The position numbers and the translations under genes are program-made. A DNA stretch of 10,327 nucleotides from Gemmatimonadota bacterium (GTDB lineage: Bacteria > Gemmatimonadota > Gemmatimonadetes > Longimicrobiales > Gaopeijiaceae). The notes beneath the pieces were generated by a model, which was not told the origin of the DNA, did no database searches, and was given only the letters and a program-made list of their open reading frames with translations. Shown here one piece after another: positions 1 to 6,945 of this stretch. Where the stretch lies: NCBI GenBank assembly GCA_039589315.1, contig JBDHHQ010000135.1:1-10327 (forward strand), read 5' to 3'. Positions within the stretch are counted from its first letter, which is position 1, and each line of letters opens with the position of its first letter.

Positions 1-2
1 GG

Positions 3-62
3 GTGCCGGCGAGTGGTCGAGGGGACGAACCCGACTCGGTGGAAGCGAGCAGGCTGGACTAA
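3..62 (+). CDS. Possible 3' end of an upstream gene (partial, unknown product)
   Basis: Frame 3 reads VPASGRGDEPDSVEASRLD-TAA(60-62) with mostly G/C-ending codons and stops 22 nt before the ATG at 85. Too short to identify. Confidence 0.25.
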   Translation: MPASGRGDEPDSVEASRLD

Positions 63-84
63 CGACCCGCAGACGGAGCGGTCC

Positions 85-2151
85 ATGAAGCTCACTCGAG
101 GATCGATGAGGTCCAGCCGGTTCAGCGGCAGCCGCGAGCGGGCCTCGGCGGCTCGCCGGCCCGGTCCGTCCGAATCCGCACGGCGGGGCGTGGCCCAGCT
201 GGCCCTCCTCTTCACGACAGCCGGCACCATCGGGGTCGCGGTGCCTCCGGTGCCCGCAGTGGCCCAGGACACCGAAGAGATCCTCTCGTACGACGTCCGC
301 ATCGAGATCCCCAACGGCGCCGCGATGGTGGTGACCGAGGAGATCCGGGTGCGGGCGTTGGGGGCCGAGATTCGGCGGGGCATCTACCGCGACTTCCCCA
401 CCAGCTTTCCGAGGTCCAGCGGCCTCGGCAGGATCGAGGCGCCGTTCCAGGTCCTCCGCGTGCTACAGAACGGCCAACCTGCGCGCTACGAGCTCCTGAG
501 CATCGGTGGTGAGTTCGGCCGCGGCGGGATCCAGGTCCGCATCGGGGACCCGGACGTCTTCCTCGAGCCTGGCGAGTACACCTACACGATCGAGTACGAG
601 ACGGAGCGGTGGGTGACCTTCGGCGAGGCGTCGGATCAGCTCTACTGGAACGTCACCGGAAACGGATGGGCGTTTCCGATCCTGGCGGCGTCGGCTCGCG
701 TGCACGTGGCGGGCCTGGAGCTGGCCCCCGGTCTCGAGGCTTGGACCGGGCCCGACGGATCCACCGAGAGCCATGCCGAGATGTCGTGGGACGAGGCCCG
801 GGAGGAGGCCGTGTTCCGCACGACCCAGGCCCTGGGAGCGCGGGAGGGACTCACCATCCGGGTGACCATCCCCAAGGGCGTGCTCGCCCCGCCGTCGGAA
901 GAGAAGCAGGCCGAGTGGTTGCGGCTGGACTGGGGCGGCTACATCGACGCGGGCTACCTGGTCATGTTCCTGATCGCCATGTATGCCCTCATGTGGGTCA
1001 GCGTCGGACGCGACCCGGCCAAGCGGTCCACCGTGGTCCAGTACGAGCCGCCCGAGGGGTTCTCACCGGCCGCTCTCGGATACCTGCAGGAGCAGGGCTA
1101 CGACGACAGCCAGTTCGCGGCCGCCCTGGTGAGCATGGCCGTGAAGAGCGCCGTGCGGATCGAGAAGGACGACTGGCGGTGGACGCTACACAAGGGCCCC
1201 AACGCCCGGGGCCTCACTCCCGACGAGGAGAAGGTGTTCGAGGGGCTGCTCGCCGGTAGGAGCCACCTGGATCTCGAGCAACGGCACCACAGGAGGATAC
1301 GCAAGTCGATCAAGAGCCTGAAGCACAAGCTGTCTCGCCAGCTCGAGCGGGAGTACTTCGTCTACAACCGGAAGTGGTTCGCGGCCGGGCTCGTCGTGAG
1401 CATCCTGGGATTTCTGATCCTGGTCTGGCGGGCCCGCTTCGGCGTCTCGCCGGGCGCCTGGTTCCTCGGGCTCTGGCTCACGGGGTGGACGGCCGGCGTG
1501 GCGACCATGATCTACCGGGCGTTCAAGGAGCTCGAGACCGGCCTCAGAGGTGGCGGCGTCGTTGCCCTGGTCGGCGGTGCCTTCGTGCTGCTGTTCTCGA
1601 TCCCGTTCGTGGGCGCCGAGCTGTTCGTCAGCTACATGCTCCTCCAGATGGTGCCGACCCACCTGATGCTGGCGGCGCTGGCCATCGGGGTTGTGAACGT
1701 GGTCTTCTACCACCTACTGGAGCGTCCCACGCTGCGGGGACGAGGCGTGCTCGATCACCTGGACGGATTTCGCACCTTCCTCGCAGCCACCGACGAGGAT
1801 CGGCTGGACCGCATGGTGGAGCCGGAGCGGACGCCCGAGCTCTTCGAGCGCTTTCTGCCACACGCAATCGCGCTGGGCCTGGCGAATCGATGGGCGGAGG
1901 GCTTCCAGGACGTGCTCACCGCGGAGGTCGTCGCTGCCAGGGGAAGCGGTGCGCTCTCATGGTACCAAGGGAGCTCGGACGGCTTCGACGCGTCGGGCTT
2001 CGCGTCGTCGTTGGGCGCGAGCCTCCCGCACACGCTCTCATCGTCATCCAGAGCGCCGGGAGGTAGCGGCGGAGGCAGCGGTGGGGGCGGTGGGGGGGGT
2101 GGGGGATCCTCTGGTGGCGGGGGTGGCGGCGGTGGTGGGGGCGGTTGGTAG
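85..2151 (+). CDS. DUF2207 family (YciQ-like) predicted membrane protein, about 688 aa
   Basis: ATG at 85 preceded by GGAG (75-78); GTG at 190 is an alternative start. Signal-like segment ending AVA-QD. N-terminal extracytoplasmic domain with EILSYDVRIEI, GIYRDFP, YTIEY and LYWNVTGNGWAFPI; QYEPPEGFSPA; several TM helices; GFRTFL and FERFLPHAIALG..RWA..F; Gly-rich tail ending GGGGGGW. All are typical of DUF2207. Confidence 0.9.
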   Translation: MKLTRGSMRSSRFSGSRERASAARRPGPSESARRGVAQLALLFTTAGTIGVAVPPVPAVAQDTEEILSYDVRIEIPNGAAMVVTEEIRVRALGAEIRRGIYRDFPTSFPRSSGLGRIEAPFQVLRVLQNGQPARYELLSIGGEFGRGGIQVRIGDPDVFLEPGEYTYTIEYETERWVTFGEASDQLYWNVTGNGWAFPILAASARVHVAGLELAPGLEAWTGPDGSTESHAEMSWDEAREEAVFRTTQALGAREGLTIRVTIPKGVLAPPSEEKQAEWLRLDWGGYIDAGYLVMFLIAMYALMWVSVGRDPAKRSTVVQYEPPEGFSPAALGYLQEQGYDDSQFAAALVSMAVKSAVRIEKDDWRWTLHKGPNARGLTPDEEKVFEGLLAGRSHLDLEQRHHRRIRKSIKSLKHKLSRQLEREYFVYNRKWFAAGLVVSILGFLILVWRARFGVSPGAWFLGLWLTGWTAGVATMIYRAFKELETGLRGGGVVALVGGAFVLLFSIPFVGAELFVSYMLLQMVPTHLMLAALAIGVVNVVFYHLLERPTLRGRGVLDHLDGFRTFLAATDEDRLDRMVEPERTPELFERFLPHAIALGLANRWAEGFQDVLTAEVVAARGSGALSWYQGSSDGFDASGFASSLGASLPHTLSSSSRAPGGSGGGSGGGGGGGGGSSGGGGGGGGGGGW

Positions 2152-2239
2152 GGGGTTCAGCCAGGGCCGTCGATCCCGGGACTCGAGCGCGGACTCGCGA
2201 GCCGGGGAAGGGAAGGCCTCGCGGCAGGGTGGCGGCCCT

Positions 2240-2917
2240 TCAGCGCCCCAGCCCAAGTCCCAGGCCCACCATGAACGACCACGACCTCCACTTGGCGGTA
2301 TCGTCGGTGGCCGCCTCGGAAAGCCCGAGCTGGTAGCGCAGGTCGCCCGTCAGGATCAGAGCGCCCAGGGCCAGGTCCACACCGCCGCCAAAGGCCAGAG
2401 AGGTCTGGGTCGCGTTCGTGTCGAGCTGAAAGTCCGGGCAGTCCGTGGCGGACAGCCCGGATTCGGCTTCGATGCGGCAACGAGTCTCGAACGAGAGGAT
2501 CGGACCGCCGTAGACGAACGGGCTGATGGCGCCCGGGATCAGCCGGAGGCCCAGGAGCGCGGCGAGGTCGGCGAAGTCCGTCTTCAGCTCCGCCGTGTCT
2601 CCATCCGACGTACCGCGGACTCGGCGGCTCGCATACAGGAGCTCGGGCTGCAGAAAGACGGACCGGCTGAGTCCGAACTGCGCGTAGGCTCCGGCCACGT
2701 AGCCGGCACGGCTCTCGGTGTCATCCAGGTCGGAGAGGCTGGATCCGTTGACACCACCCTTGAGCCCCACCGTGATGCCCTGGGCCGCGGCTGGCGCGGC
2801 CGCCAGGAAGAGGAAGAGGCAGGCGACGCGGATCGCCGCCGGAGGGGAGAACGTGCATGCGCCAGAGCCACCACGCGTCGCGGCGTGGATCGGCGGCATG
2901 AGTGTCGCACGGGACAT
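2240..2917 (-). CDS. Outer-membrane beta-barrel protein (porin/PorT-like, OMP_b-brl_2 type)
   Basis: GGAG about 10 nt before ATG 2917 (ATG 2899 and TTG 2926 are alternatives). Signal peptide ending AAA-QG; motifs GLKGGVNGSSL, FLQPELLY, PFVYGGP, FGGGVD, DLRYQLGLS and a terminal amphipathic strand WSFMVGLGLGL; a Cys pair in a loop. Confidence 0.85.
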   Translation of the reverse strand: MSRATLMPPIHAATRGGSGACTFSPPAAIRVACLFLFLAAAPAAAQGITVGLKGGVNGSSLSDLDDTESRAGYVAGAYAQFGLSRSVFLQPELLYASRRVRGTSDGDTAELKTDFADLAALLGLRLIPGAISPFVYGGPILSFETRCRIEAESGLSATDCPDFQLDTNATQTSLAFGGGVDLALGALILTGDLRYQLGLSEAATDDTAKWRSWSFMVGLGLGLGR

Positions 2918-3129
2918 CGTATCCAAACTCCGGAGCGCGGCGTCGGTTCGGCCATCCGACCGCTGGCATCTTCGGCCGGCGAGCGGGTGGATTGAAACGG
3001 GTCAGCCTGTCTCGAAACGGGCGAAGCGAGTCGGATCTGACAGGGGGGGCCAGCGCCCCCCGGGTCGGGGCTGCGCCGCCTGCCCCGGGCTCCCCTGCAC
3101 CCCGGTTCGTCCGCTGACGGGCCCGATGA

Positions 3130-3170
3130 AACACGCCCCCCGGCCGCGTGGAGCCACCGGGGGGCGTGTT
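3130..3170 (-). terminator. Probable intrinsic terminator of the 3227..3688 gene
   Basis: Perfect 14-bp inverted repeat AACACGCCCCCCGG (3130-3143) / CCGGGGGGCGTGTT (3157-3170) with a 13-nt loop; reads into GTGTTTCAT on the minus strand; about 56 nt after the stop codon. Confidence 0.7.
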
Positions 3171-3226
3171 CGGGAGCCGACGGCAGAGCGGCTTGGTTCA
3201 CGAGCTCTGCCGATCCGGCGCGAGGG

Positions 3227-3688
3227 TCAGTTGGCGGACTCGTCGCCCTTGACCTCGACCGTCGCCGTGCAGGTGCCGTTCTCACCCAGCAGCGTGACCT
3301 CGAAGCTGCCCGGAGTGGCCTCGAAAGCGTTCAGCCAAACGACGAACGTGTTCGCCTCGACTGCTTCCTCGGCCGCCATCTCGGTCACCTCGGCGGCAGC
3401 CGCATCTTCAGTGTTGGCCATCTCTTCCACCGGAACGTCCTCGGGCGAGACGATCAGGAGGCCGCTGCCCTCGGGGGACTGGAGACCGTCGATGGTGCCG
3501 ATGTCCTGGGTGAGCGTGGCCTTGACCTTGACCGCGGCCTCGCCGGCCGGGATCAGGGCGGGGGTCAGCACTGCCGTGCAGGGCTGGATCTCCTCGACCG
3601 CGGCCTCGGCCTCCTGAGCCGTTGCAGCGCCGGGAACGAGCGCAGCCAGGAGCGCCAGCGGAAGGATGTGGGACGGGTTGAAACGCAT
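3227..3688 (-). CDS. Hypothetical secreted acidic protein, 153 aa (possible beta-sandwich with one disulfide)
   Basis: GGAGG RBS 8 nt before ATG; Sec signal peptide (MRFNPSHILPLALLAALVPGAATA-Q); GC-biased third positions; two Cys near the ends of the mature chain; own promoter and terminator. Confidence 0.85.
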   Translation of the reverse strand: MRFNPSHILPLALLAALVPGAATAQEAEAAVEEIQPCTAVLTPALIPAGEAAVKVKATLTQDIGTIDGLQSPEGSGLLIVSPEDVPVEEMANTEDAAAAEVTEMAAEEAVEANTFVVWLNAFEATPGSFEVTLLGENGTCTATVEVKGDESAN

Positions 3689-3763
3689 TTGCCTGCCTCC
3701 AACGGTAATGAAAGGTAAGTCGTCTGCGCACCCGCGAGCGTCGCCGGCGCGCCCCGGAGAAGG

Positions 3764-3778
3764 GCAATACGCGTGCCA
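3764..3778 (-). promoter_or_regulatory. sigma54 (RpoN) -24/-12 promoter for the 3227..3688 gene
   Basis: Minus strand TGGCACG-CGTA-TTGC matches consensus TGGCACG-N4-TTGC with exact GG-N10-GC spacing; intergenic and correctly oriented, about 75 nt before the ATG. Confidence 0.8.
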
Positions 3779-3841
3779 CGGGTTGGAACCCAGAGGAACC
3801 GGCTCGCAAGGGGGGCGGCGAGGGGGTGGAACGCCCGTGCC

Positions 3842-5371
3842 TCAGCCTCCGCCCGGACCTGCGCCGAAGATCTCCAGGCTCCTGACCTCCTCCACGCCGC
3901 TGTCGCCTGGGTGGCGCTGGCGGAGGAGGATCCTGGGCCGGGCCGCACGGAAGTAGGCGTCGGTGTTGGAGAGCCCGCTGGCCACGTTGATCCGGAACGC
4001 CTCGTAGACCTCGCCAGCCACCTCGAGCTGCTCGATAGCCCGGACGTCGTACCGATCGGTCATGACGTCCCCGCTGGCTGCGTCGAAGGTGGCCAGCTCG
4101 ACGCTTCGGCCGACGAGAGAGTCGACCGCCAGAGTGCCGAACGCCAGGTGCCGGACCTCCCTCAGGACGATACCGGGCGGCAGGTCCCGCTCCAGCTCCT
4201 GGACCCGCCCGGTCTCGTCACGGATCAGGCCCCGCACCTTGTAGCCGTCGAAGCGAAGATCGTACGATGCCTCCTCCCACACCTCACCCGTCCACCGGGC
4301 GGTCTCTCCCCGCGTGGAGATGGGCTCGAGCCCGTTCCGGTGGACGAGCGTGCGGACCCGCTCCCGACGGACCGTTTGCGGCGTGCCGAAGGGCCCGCTG
4401 GTCCGGGTGGTTTCTCCTTCCAGGTATCGCTCGATGCGCGGCTCACCACCCCCAACGGTCTCGATGATCCGGTAGGTGACGCGCGTCCGTCGCCACAGGT
4501 CCTCGCCGATCCGGACCTCCATCTCCACGCTGTAGCCGCCGAACTCGCTCACGTCGAACAGGAGGCCCCGGTTCACCGCGTTGCCGGCAGAGGAGAGCGG
4601 GACCCTCGTGGGATCCGCGGGGGAAGGCGTGGGACGCAACACGGCCACGGGCTCTCCGTCCATGTTGGCCAGGAGCCCCCGCGCGTAGTTGATGGGCAGC
4701 GCGAAGTTCAGATTCTGCCCGGAGGGCATCTGCGACGAAGCGATTCCTACCACGTGCCCCGTTCTCGAGAGGACCGGGCCGCCGCTCGAGCCCACGGAGG
4801 CGGGCGCGCTGATCTGCAGGAGCTGGTATCCCTCGGACTCCTGCCTCCGGCCGCTCACGATCCCGGTCGTGACCGTGTTCTCGAGCCCCAGCGGGCTGCC
4901 GATGAGGACGACCGGGTTGCCGATCTTGATGCTGTCCGAGTTGCCCAGCGGAAGGGACGGCAGGTCGAAGCCGGCGATCTGGAGCACCGCCATGTCGCGC
5001 CGCTCGTCCGTGGCCAGGATCTGCACCACGTCGTATACGTCGCCCGAGGCCAGCCTCACCTGAAGGCTCTCGGCATTCCGGATCACGTGCTGGTTGGTGA
5101 GGATGCGGCCGCTGGCGTCGACGAGAAACCCGCTGCCCTGCCGCGTGGCGGCGGCGGTCGTGACGTCGATCCGCACGACAGCGCGCGTGGCTGCGGCGGC
5201 GAGCTCCACCAGGGTGTCCTGGGCCTGAGCCGACACCGCGGCGAGCGACGCCACCGGCACCGGCGTCACGGCAGCCTGAGAGGGCGCGGCGAGCAGAATC
5301 GCCGGCAGCAGAAGCGCCGCCGGTAAGCCGGCGGAACGATGGCGCCCGCGCGTACGGTCCGAAGTAAGCAT
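3842..5371 (-). CDS. Exported trypsin-like (S1C/HtrA-type) serine protease without PDZ, with a C-terminal DUF3108-like beta domain, about 509 aa
   Basis: GGAGG upstream of ATG 5371; hydrophobic signal segment; GSGFLV, ILTNQHVI (His), DMAVL (Asp), IGSPLGLENTVTTGIVS, GSSGGPV (Ser) and NLNFALP motifs. The C-terminal EQLEVAGEVYEAFRINV resembles the DUF3108-type E-x-V-x-V-PAG-x-F-x-A motif. Confidence 0.9.
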   Translation of the reverse strand: MLTSDRTRGRHRSAGLPAALLLPAILLAAPSQAAVTPVPVASLAAVSAQAQDTLVELAAAATRAVVRIDVTTAAATRQGSGFLVDASGRILTNQHVIRNAESLQVRLASGDVYDVVQILATDERRDMAVLQIAGFDLPSLPLGNSDSIKIGNPVVLIGSPLGLENTVTTGIVSGRRQESEGYQLLQISAPASVGSSGGPVLSRTGHVVGIASSQMPSGQNLNFALPINYARGLLANMDGEPVAVLRPTPSPADPTRVPLSSAGNAVNRGLLFDVSEFGGYSVEMEVRIGEDLWRRTRVTYRIIETVGGGEPRIERYLEGETTRTSGPFGTPQTVRRERVRTLVHRNGLEPISTRGETARWTGEVWEEASYDLRFDGYKVRGLIRDETGRVQELERDLPPGIVLREVRHLAFGTLAVDSLVGRSVELATFDAASGDVMTDRYDVRAIEQLEVAGEVYEAFRINVASGLSNTDAYFRAARPRILLRQRHPGDSGVEEVRSLEIFGAGPGGG

Positions 5372-5759
5372 CTCGCGTCCATCCTCCAATCCCGGCGGGC
5401 CCATGGCGACGGAGACAACATATGTTTACGTGGCCCGCCAAGGCCAGTCTGACGATTCCATTGGCCCGGACCAGCGGTTTCTCCCCTGGGGCCGGTTTGC
5501 TCTCGTCATCGATCCCGGCGGCTCCGTTCGATGAGGCAGCGACCCCGGCAACCCGGGGGCGCTCCACCCTGCCCGAAGACGTCGGGCCCAAGTGGACCGC
5601 AATGGTCGTGCCGGGTCGGACCCGCGGGGCCGGATCCATGCTCTCCCTGTGCGAGCCAGCCGCCTCGATCTCGGACCGAGACTTGCGCGTCCGGGCCCCA
5701 GCGTAAACGCTCGAGGCCTGCATTCCATCTCTCCTACGACACCGCACAGAGGAGACACG

Positions 5760-6365
5760 ATCGACGCGGAGCGCGCGGGATCGGATGCAACGGCGATACG
5801 GGGCTGGATCGAGGCCGCTCAGGCGGGCGACGCTGACGCCTTCGACCACCTCGCCCGGCACGCGCTGCCGTCGCTCCGCCGGTGGGCGCTGGTGCGGACC
5901 GGCGATCCCGACGACGCCGACGACGTGGTCCAGCGGACGCTCGTGAGAGCGTACACCGCCATCGACTCCTTGCGCGGCGCCCAGGCCTTCCACGGCTGGC
6001 TGTACGCGATCATGCGGAACGTGGCCAGCGAGCTGGGCCGACGGGCGCGGTCGAGAGACCGTACCCTGAAGCGACTCGAGGCCGCCCACGCGCCGGATGC
6101 TGCGCACGAGGTGGGGGGCCGGAACCCGCAAAGCAGCGAGTCCACGGAGTTGGCGGACCTGGTGCGGACGTTTCTGGAAGAGCTGAGCGATCAACAGAGA
6201 GCGATCATGGATCTCGTGGATCTTCAGGGCATGACCCCGACCGAGGCCGGGAAGGTGATGGGTCTGAGGCCCAGCACCGCCCGGGTTCACCTGCTGCGCG
6301 CGCGGCGGCGGATCCGGGCCCGGATCCTGGCGGTCCGGCCTTCCATCGTGGAGGACCTCTCGTGA
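5760..6365 (+). CDS. ECF (sigma-24/RpoE-type) RNA polymerase sigma factor; start uncertain (ATC 5760 favoured; GTG 5592 or 5649 are the canonical alternatives)
   Basis: AQAGDADAF; region 2 DADDVVQRTLVRAY and FHGWLYAIMRN; region 4 LSDQQRAIMDLVDLQGMTPTEAGKVMG...STARVHLLRARRRIR. SD AGAGGAG (5748-5754) lies 5 nt before an in-frame ATC. Confidence 0.92.
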   Translation: MDAERAGSDATAIRGWIEAAQAGDADAFDHLARHALPSLRRWALVRTGDPDDADDVVQRTLVRAYTAIDSLRGAQAFHGWLYAIMRNVASELGRRARSRDRTLKRLEAAHAPDAAHEVGGRNPQSSESTELADLVRTFLEELSDQQRAIMDLVDLQGMTPTEAGKVMGLRPSTARVHLLRARRRIRARILAVRPSIVEDLS

Positions 6366-6919
6366 CGCGTTGCGAAGATGCGCGCGCTCTGCTCCTCGAG
6401 GCCGACCTGGGTGAGCTGCTCGGAGAAGGTCCGTCGGAGCTGGCGGTCCACGTCCGCCAGTGTGCCGCATGCGCCGAGCTGGGCCAACGGATCCTGGACG
6501 GACAGGCGGCCCTTTCCGGAGCGCTGGGGGAGATGGCGGAGCGCGTTGCGGTGGATGCGGATCCGGCCCGGGCGCGGTCCGGGGTGGCGGGGCTTCCGGC
6601 GGGAGCGGGGCGGAAGGAGGAGGCCGCAGGTGCTCGGCCGAGGGCAGTGGCACTCCCGTCGGGAGCCGAGTCGGCCGTGCGGAAGAAGCGTCTGGTCTGG
6701 CGCGTCGCGCTTCCGCTGGCTGCCGCGGCCGCGGCCGCGCTGGCGCTGTTCCAGCTCCCCGGTCCGACGGGGACCGGTGTCCCTTTCGTCCCGCCGGAGT
6801 TGGCGCAGCGGGGGATGGAAGGCGGCGGTGGGCTGGTGGCGGCCGCGAGCCCGGAGACGAATGTCGCCGTGCTGCCGACGGACAACCCGGACATCACGGT
6901 GGTCTGGTTCATTCGATAG
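6362..6919 (+). CDS. Zinc-binding (ZAS / zf-HC2) membrane-anchored anti-sigma factor, 185 aa
   Basis: GTG 6362 overlaps the sigma stop codon (GTGA) with GGAGG at 6350-6354. N-terminal Cys4 plus HVRQCAAC (HxxxCxxC), basic stretch RKKR, TM helix VALPLAAAAAAALALF, short exported tail ending NVAVLPTDNPDITVVWFIR. Confidence 0.88.
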   Translation: MTRCEDARALLLEADLGELLGEGPSELAVHVRQCAACAELGQRILDGQAALSGALGEMAERVAVDADPARARSGVAGLPAGAGRKEEAAGARPRAVALPSGAESAVRKKRLVWRVALPLAAAAAAALALFQLPGPTGTGVPFVPPELAQRGMEGGGGLVAAASPETNVAVLPTDNPDITVVWFIR

Positions 6920-6945
6920 GGCGTAGCCCAAACGGAGAGAGACAC

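Noticed and set aside
175..200. Twin-arginine (Tat) motif in the DUF2207 leader (SARRGV), and TRRSK in the 9305 gene
   Set aside because: Both lack the F-L-K-type consensus after RR; Arg pairs are common at this GC content.
1949..3617. Plus-strand ORFs 1949..2995 and 2718..3617, and minus-strand ORF 2584..3285
   Set aside because: Overlap better-supported genes and terminator hairpins; no SD or domain motifs.
3773..5326. 517-aa plus-strand ORF
   Set aside because: Antisense shadow of the protease gene, which has clear catalytic motifs.
5882..6361. N-terminal 160 aa of the 5882..6919 ORF
   Set aside because: Overlaps the sigma gene; the real start is GTG 6362, which has an SD and a GTGA overlap.
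4443..6653. 736-aa minus-strand ORF
   Set aside because: Arg/Pro/Gly-rich with no motifs; overlaps the protease out of frame and runs antisense to the sigma and anti-sigma genes. A high-GC shadow ORF.
6460..6945. N-terminal extension of the 6460..7656 ORF
   Set aside because: Overlaps the anti-sigma gene; the SD and signal peptide place the start at 6946.
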